DNA from: a bacterium
GTDB lineage: Bacteria; SAR324; NAC60-12
Length of the DNA: 64,000 nucleotides
Reading direction: 5' to 3'
Assembly: GCA_965209155.1 (NCBI GenBank)
Contig: OZ242383.1
Location: 2,306,051-2,370,050 of the forward strand
The translations under genes were made by a program, and so were the position numbers. Below are positions 58,739 through 64,000 of this stretch, piece after piece (positions within the stretch are counted from its first letter, which is position 1; each line of letters begins with the position of its first letter). The notes under the pieces were generated by a model, which was not told the origin of the DNA, did not search any database, and was given only the letters and a program-made list of their open reading frames with translations.

Positions 58739-59294
58739 GTAACTATTTAGGTTTCTTTAGATCCTCCATCGATTTAAGCACAGGTTTTGCGTGGCATAGA
58801 GTCCGAAAAGGACTTTATGCTCTCGAAAGTTCAAAAATATATTCATTCCCTTTTATCGATTCCCCACCTCGAGGCTTTTCAAGAAGCCAGTCAACCCTTG
58901 GAAAAAGAACGAGAGCCATGGAAGCAAGAGCGCTTAGCACTCTGATTTACCTCCCTGGCAGAGCGATTACGATCATTATCGCCATTGGAAAAACGCTGGA
59001 TTGTGGAGTGACCCTTCGCTTTATGGCTCATGATCCTAAAGAAGCGGATCTCCCTGATTGATAGATTTTTTAATTTTTTTTAATCCTGCATTTATTTTCA
59101 TTGGGGGGTTGACATTATTCAAAAATATATATTGCTAGAATCATACCTTCACTAAGTTGTTTTAGTGAAAAAGAGGGTTCCCACTTGATTGATTGAACAA
59201 TATCGTGGGAGGAGTTGAAAACGATCGCTCCTCTCCGGGAATCTTTTTTAATGATATTGAACTAAACGGGTTTTTCAGAGACCTGAATAGTTAC
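58739..59294 (+). mobile_element. IS66 internally deleted derivative (556 bp). It retains both terminal IRs, ~185 bp of the tnpC 5' end, and the 3' non-coding tail.
   Basis: Left IR GTAACTATTTAGG at 58739. tnpC N-terminal remnant 58770-58925. Tail 58970-59110 is homologous to 14440-14572 of copy 1. Right IR ends at 59294. No TSD. Confidence 0.75.
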
Positions 59295-59556
59295 CCAAAT
59301 TTTTTAATAGGAGAAAGTTATGTCATCGAATAAATTGTTTTCGTTATGCCTCACCTTTTTGGTCGGGCTCATTCCATCCCTCTCATTGAAGCGAGTGGGG
59401 AATTTTATCCTTAATAAAGGAGAAGTCATGTATGCAAGTAAATTATTGACCCTCTTTGTAGGGCTGAACGCGGTGGACGTCGTGTCTGCTGCGAAAATTC
59501 GATTCGCTCGATGTTGTGGCGAATCTTTAAATTTAATTTCAATTGTAGGAGGAAGC

Positions 59557-61344
59557 ATGGAAAATAGTGTAACAAGAAAAATCCAATCATTGTTGTTAAT
59601 TCTCACCCTGACGGTGACCGCCTTTTGGGTCAGCCTGGCCACCGTGACCGCGCAAGAGATGGTGAGAGACCCGGCAACCGGCGAGATGGTGGAAGCACCT
59701 CGCTATGGAGGGACCATCACCTATCCCAATGCCAGGGGTATTGGGGAGCATGCTGACTACTGGCATGGTCCCCATATGGCTTTCTCCATTGTCCCTGGTG
59801 TGCTCGAGAAGCTCAGCATGCCGAATTGGGCGATAGATAGGGACGTATGGGACATGAGGAATCTCTATGTCCAGCCCGAACATTTAGTAGGAGCCTTGGC
59901 CGAAAGCTGGCAGGTGCCCGACGACTTAACCTATATCTTCTACATCCGCCAGGGGGTTCGCTGGCACGATAAGGCGCCCATGAACGGTCGAGCTTTTACG
60001 GCCCAGGATGTCGTCTATAACGTTCACCGTTGGCTGGGGATAGGCAGCGGCTTCACGGAACCCAGCCCTAATGCTCACGATTTCGCTGCGATTCCCTTCG
60101 AATCGATCACGGCCGAATCCCCGAGAAAGGTGGTGATGAAGCTGAAGCGGCCCTACTTTACAGCGTTGAAGCTAATCATTGAGTGGTGCTGCATTTTTAT
60201 CTATCCCCCGGAGGTTATCCAGCAACACGGTGACGCTAAGGATTGGAGGAACCTGGTCGGCACCGGGCCGTTTATGCTGACCGACCATGTCGAAGGCAGC
60301 TCGCTCACCTATACGAAGAATCCGAACTACTGGGGCTACGATGCAAAGTTCCCGGAGAACCGCCTGCCCTATATTGACACATTGAGGGTGCTGGAATTGA
60401 CAGAAGAAGCAACCCGTCTGGCGGCACTGCGCTCGGGTAAGCTTGATTTAGTAGGTATTCCCGGCATTTCTCAAATAAAGTCGATCGACCAGGCTGAGAG
60501 CCTCAGGAGGACCAGCCCCGATCTCAAGCAATGGCCGTTTTTCTTGCGAGCGGAGACCATTTATTATATGAACGTGAATAACCCGCACTTTTCCGATAAG
60601 CGGGTGCGCATCGCCTTGCAGAAGGCGTTACCCCTTGAGGAAATTAACAATGGCTACTTTAAGGGGCAAGGCAACTGGATCCCCCACGGGATGGTAGGCG
60701 ACTCTCTCAAGGGGTATTACATTCCCTATGAGCAGTGGCCCAAAGCCTTGCAGGAAGAGTTTGCCTATGACCCGGAAGAGGCCGAGAGGCTCCTGGATGA
60801 GGCGGGCTATCCGCGGGGCGCGGACGGCGTTCGATTCAAGACCCATGTGCTGCACTCTATTTCTCGAGATATCGCCTATCCGGAATTAGTGACGGAATAC
60901 TGGCGTCGGATTGGCGTTGAGGTGGAGATTCGGACCCCGCCTCGGACGGAGTTGACCGCTATCGCCAGTCAAATGAAACATAAAGCGATGCGTGGTGGAG
61001 AGGGGGGCCATCACTATTTGGCTGAGCATGTCGTGGCCCGCTTCTGGGGACCCGCGAAAGTATGGAACCCCGCTGTCGTCAAAGACCCTGAGTTTGACAA
61101 GATCATTGATGCCCTTCGCGCGGCGAATGACCTCGAGAGTTACCAGAAATACTTCCGAGAGGCAGATATGTACATCACCAAGCAGCATTGGTTCATCTGG
61201 GGTCCCGATGCCCCACACTTTCACGTGAGCCAGCCGTGGCTCAAAGGGTATAACGGGGAAGGCTCATTTGGAGATTCGAATTGGAAGACCCTCTTCGCCC
61301 GCCTCTGGGTTGACCAGGAACTGAAGAAAGAAATGGGGTTCTAG
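59557..61344 (+). CDS. ABC substrate-binding protein family 5 (paralog of 8521-10293); no transporter genes adjacent.
   Basis: Start MENSVTRKIQSLLLILTLTVTAFWVSLATVTA after the RBS AGGAGG. Long shared blocks with SBP1 (YPPEV..GDA.DWRNLVGTGPFMLTD.VEGSS.T.TKNP.YWGYD). The ORF-track start at 59320 lies 26 bp from the IS66-derivative IR. Confidence 0.8.
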   Translation: MENSVTRKIQSLLLILTLTVTAFWVSLATVTAQEMVRDPATGEMVEAPRYGGTITYPNARGIGEHADYWHGPHMAFSIVPGVLEKLSMPNWAIDRDVWDMRNLYVQPEHLVGALAESWQVPDDLTYIFYIRQGVRWHDKAPMNGRAFTAQDVVYNVHRWLGIGSGFTEPSPNAHDFAAIPFESITAESPRKVVMKLKRPYFTALKLIIEWCCIFIYPPEVIQQHGDAKDWRNLVGTGPFMLTDHVEGSSLTYTKNPNYWGYDAKFPENRLPYIDTLRVLELTEEATRLAALRSGKLDLVGIPGISQIKSIDQAESLRRTSPDLKQWPFFLRAETIYYMNVNNPHFSDKRVRIALQKALPLEEINNGYFKGQGNWIPHGMVGDSLKGYYIPYEQWPKALQEEFAYDPEEAERLLDEAGYPRGADGVRFKTHVLHSISRDIAYPELVTEYWRRIGVEVEIRTPPRTELTAIASQMKHKAMRGGEGGHHYLAEHVVARFWGPAKVWNPAVVKDPEFDKIIDALRAANDLESYQKYFREADMYITKQHWFIWGPDAPHFHVSQPWLKGYNGEGSFGDSNWKTLFARLWVDQELKKEMGF

Positions 61345-61598
61345 CCGAGTCCACGCACCTGTTCGCAGGAACGACCCTCCCCTCCGCAGTGCGGGTGGGA
61401 GGGATCCCACCCGACCGAAAAAACGATATTGTGAAGGTTTATTTTATTGGAATGGGCGATTTCAGCTTCAAGCGAGGAAGTCAGACTACTGAATTCTCCG
61501 TCATGCTGCGGGAAGATAGTGGATTTAAAGGGGTTTAAATGAGATCGTCAATTCGCCCCGAGAATGCGATCGAAATGAATGAAATACGCAATACGGCG

Positions 61599-62747
61599 TT
61601 ATGCTCCAAATAATACGGCGTTTTTTGCAATACCAAGAAATGAAGCAGGCATGGCGTCCACATTTTCCGTGATGGGAAAGTGGGTTCTACCGGGATAAAT
61701 GACAATTATTCGCTCGAGAGATAGTTCTTTCAGTGCAATGCGAATGGAAGGAGTGATTCTAGGTGTGTCTGTGCGCTTGCACTCAATGCCCCACATGCGT
61801 CCTTTTTTACGTAACAAAAGGTCAATTTCCGCCCCTTGATGCGTGCCCCAAAAAAAGGCTTCCTCTGGTTTCACCAAAGCAAGCACCGATTCAATAATAA
61901 ATCCTTCCCATGAAGTTCCCACCTTGGGATGACTGAGAAGCGCTTTCTCGCTTTCGATGCCGAGCAACTGATGGAGCAACCCACTGTCACGTACATAAAT
62001 TTTTGGAGCTTTGACTTGACGCTTTGCTATATTGACATGGTAGGGCTGCAGTTGTCGAACCATAAAAGCATCGCTTAATAGATCCAAATACCTGCGGGTG
62101 GAAGACTGGCTGACAGAAAGGGCCCCTGCGATTTCTGACCCATTCCAGGTTTGCCCATGGTAGTGAGCCAACATGTTCCAAAATCGTCTTAAAGTTGTCG
62201 TTGGTATCCTTACACCCCATTGAGGGAAATCTCGCTCCAGCAAGGTTTGGATAAAATTCTGACGCCCACTGTAACTATCTGCATGGTTTTCTGCCAGGTA
62301 GGACAACGGTAAACCTCCTCGTAACCAAAGTTTGATCTCATCTCTTTGTTTCAGTTCCCATAAGTTAAATCCGCTAAGAGTGATTCTTTCCATGCGACCC
62401 GCCAGACTTTCTGAAGATTGGCGCATGAGTTGGCCAGAGGCGCTACCCAGAATCAGAAATTTGTGCCCACGATCTGCCAATACTCGTAAAACGGGAAATA
62501 ATTCAGGCCTTTGCTGCACCTCATCAATGACCACCAAACCTTTTAAAGATTGCAAGGCAGTGAGAGGTTCATCCAAGCGTGCGAGATCCGTTGGATTTTC
62601 CAAGTCAAAATAATTAATGGAGTCTTCCCTTAAAAATTGCTGGGCCAGGGTGGTTTTACCGGATTGGCGAGGACCAACTAAAAGCGTGACAGGATTACGA
62701 GTCAAAGCTCTCTTCAGGTCCGCAAGATATTGAGCGCGAGGAATCAT
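61599..62747 (-). CDS. AAA_14/DUF4143-type ATP-binding protein.
   Basis: Walker A LLVGPRQSGKTTLA. Walker B LVVIDEVQ. Confidence 0.7.
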   Translation of the reverse strand: MIPRAQYLADLKRALTRNPVTLLVGPRQSGKTTLAQQFLREDSINYFDLENPTDLARLDEPLTALQSLKGLVVIDEVQQRPELFPVLRVLADRGHKFLILGSASGQLMRQSSESLAGRMERITLSGFNLWELKQRDEIKLWLRGGLPLSYLAENHADSYSGRQNFIQTLLERDFPQWGVRIPTTTLRRFWNMLAHYHGQTWNGSEIAGALSVSQSSTRRYLDLLSDAFMVRQLQPYHVNIAKRQVKAPKIYVRDSGLLHQLLGIESEKALLSHPKVGTSWEGFIIESVLALVKPEEAFFWGTHQGAEIDLLLRKKGRMWGIECKRTDTPRITPSIRIALKELSLERIIVIYPGRTHFPITENVDAMPASFLGIAKNAVLFGA

Positions 62748-62989
62748 AACCAATATTACCATGAATATTGTTCATTCGTTACTTAAATTTCATGGTATTT
62801 AGGCCTTAGGATCCTGAAATGCGTTTTAAACAGGAAAATGGGGTCTCTCATTCTTTATCTTTTCTCGTGCTGCTTGCCATCTGTCCTCAGCCACCCGATA
62901 TTCCCTCATCGTGAATTTCAATCGACCAGAAAGTGCCAACGCGTTGAATCGCGGATTCATGGAAGAAATTGAACATGTGTCCAAAAGCT

Positions 62990-63413
62990 TTTTATATAAT
63001 GCTTTCCAATCTCCTGCATCATAAGTATACACTTTAGTGATCCCCGCTTCCAATGCTATCGCCGCATGCCTGGCATCATGAGTTCGACGAGCTTTCAGAC
63101 CATATTTTTTTGCTTAATCCAGCATTTTTAATGAAGCTTTCAATCCAGAGGCCATCACTTGAATTTGAGAGGGAGTTTCAATTAATGATCTAACGGCATC
63201 AGCTGCTTCCTCTGGAGAATGAGTCGGTTGCGCCCCTATCCAAGTCAATGCTGCATAAACTTCACTCAAAATGCCAGTTGTCGTACAATCGCCTATCCTT
63301 CCGGCTCTTGCAGCCTCCACTAATGGGCGAGCCTCTGAATGACGTCCATCCCCCTGTAATAACGCACCAATGAACATTCCTGCATCAAATAAGATCAAAT
63401 CACTCTGACTCAT
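62990..63413 (-). pseudogene. PIN-domain VapC-like toxin with a frameshift at a T7 homopolymer (about 63099-63105).
   Basis: ORF 63114-63413 LILFDAGMFIGALL... (PIN N-terminus). C-terminus ...EAGITKVYTYDAGDW in a different frame within ORF 62826-63053. Confidence 0.5.
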
Positions 63414-63618
63414 GATAAATGGCTTCTTTCCAACCTTTTGGAATATGCCCTTTTAAAACAGGTAAAGGTTTCAATTGAGACTTAGGGCGTATAATAATTT
63501 CATTCCCATTCGGCAATTGTACCGTCACACTTTGCTGCTCTGACGATATTGATAGTAAAATGTGCTCAACCGGGAGTTTTTTGAACTCTGCTAAAGTTAA
63601 ATATTCTGGAAATGACAT
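63400..63618 (-). CDS. Putative VapB-like antitoxin; its stop overlaps the PIN gene start by 14 bp.
   Basis: 72 aa with the C-terminal ...LPVLKGHIPKGWKEAIY motif seen in small antitoxins. Confidence 0.4.
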   Translation of the reverse strand: MSFPEYLTLAEFKKLPVEHILLSISSEQQSVTVQLPNGNEIIIRPKSQLKPLPVLKGHIPKGWKEAIYHESE

Positions 63619-63845
63619 GTTATCCTCCGGTGAAATTTTTTATGGGAAAGTTGTTACTTTTTTATATCACAGTAGATATCAAGGGGCGAGAGAAAACGGG
63701 GGACATGTACTTTTTTGCTACGTATCCCCGGTTTTTCCGGTTTATGCTAATGGCACGTTTCAAAATCTAAATGGTAATACCATGAATATTTTTATCATCG
63801 GCTCGAACACCCTCGACCATTCCCTGGTCGATTATATCATCAGTG

Positions 63846-64000
63846 GTAACTATTCATGTATCTTCAGAGAACCCATCGATTTAAGCACAGGTTTTGCCTG
63901 GCATAGAGTCCGGAAAGGACTTTATGCTCTCGGTGGAGTGAACCTTCACTTTCTGGCTCATGATCATAAAGAAGCGGATCTCCCTGATTGATAGATTTTT
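63846..64000 (+). mobile_element. IS66 left IR plus a deleted derivative, running off the window end.
   Basis: GTAACTATTCATG...CGATTTAAGCACAGGTTTTGCCTGGCATAGAGTCC, then an abrupt jump to the tail sequence GGCTCATGATCATAAAGAAGCGGATCTCCCTGATTGATAGATTTT (also at 58995-59063). Confidence 0.65.

Noticed and set aside
63560-63991. 143-aa plus-strand ORF.
   Set aside because: Spans non-coding DNA and the IS66 left IR or remnant. No motifs.

Overview
This 64-kb window is a heavily rearranged, insertion-sequence-rich accessory stretch of a bacterial chromosome (about 45-50% GC, organism not identifiable). It carries transposases of five IS families: IS1380, ISKra4, IS91 (two types), IS66 (one intact copy with an 8-bp target duplication plus four truncated or deleted derivatives) and IS1634. 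There is also a previously unnamed ~125-170-bp MITE family in three copies, one of which has a nested insertion carrying a four-helix-bundle protein gene flanked by 20-bp inverted repeats. Housekeeping genes present are cobQ, engB, an ntrY-like sensor kinase, folC, ftsQ-murB-rsfS, ubiE, and tRNA-fMet plus tRNA-Gly. An apparent metabolic cluster runs from about 29.4 to 40.1 kb: Ldh_2 dehydrogenase, four SDRs, an ADC-like protein, a TPP enzyme, an HpcH/CitE aldolase and an ABC-2 exporter. Two paralogous family-5 ABC substrate-binding proteins occur, one with a dppB permease and a decayed dppC. The region has many toxin-antitoxin and defence-type modules, most of them decayed: DUF4160/DUF2442, an Rpn nuclease, intact HigBA, AbrB plus a PIN pseudogene, two further PIN pseudogenes, a Uma2 nuclease, and a small Rx5H-motif protein coupled to a nucleotidyltransferase. 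Non-coding features include a sigma70 promoter followed by a (CACCCGG)x10 heptamer microsatellite, hairpin-containing direct repeats in the leader of a substrate-binding-protein gene, ~70-bp tandem repeats, and an IS91-associated 30-bp motif/hairpin. All calls rest on reading the sequence and ORF translations; no database searches were run.
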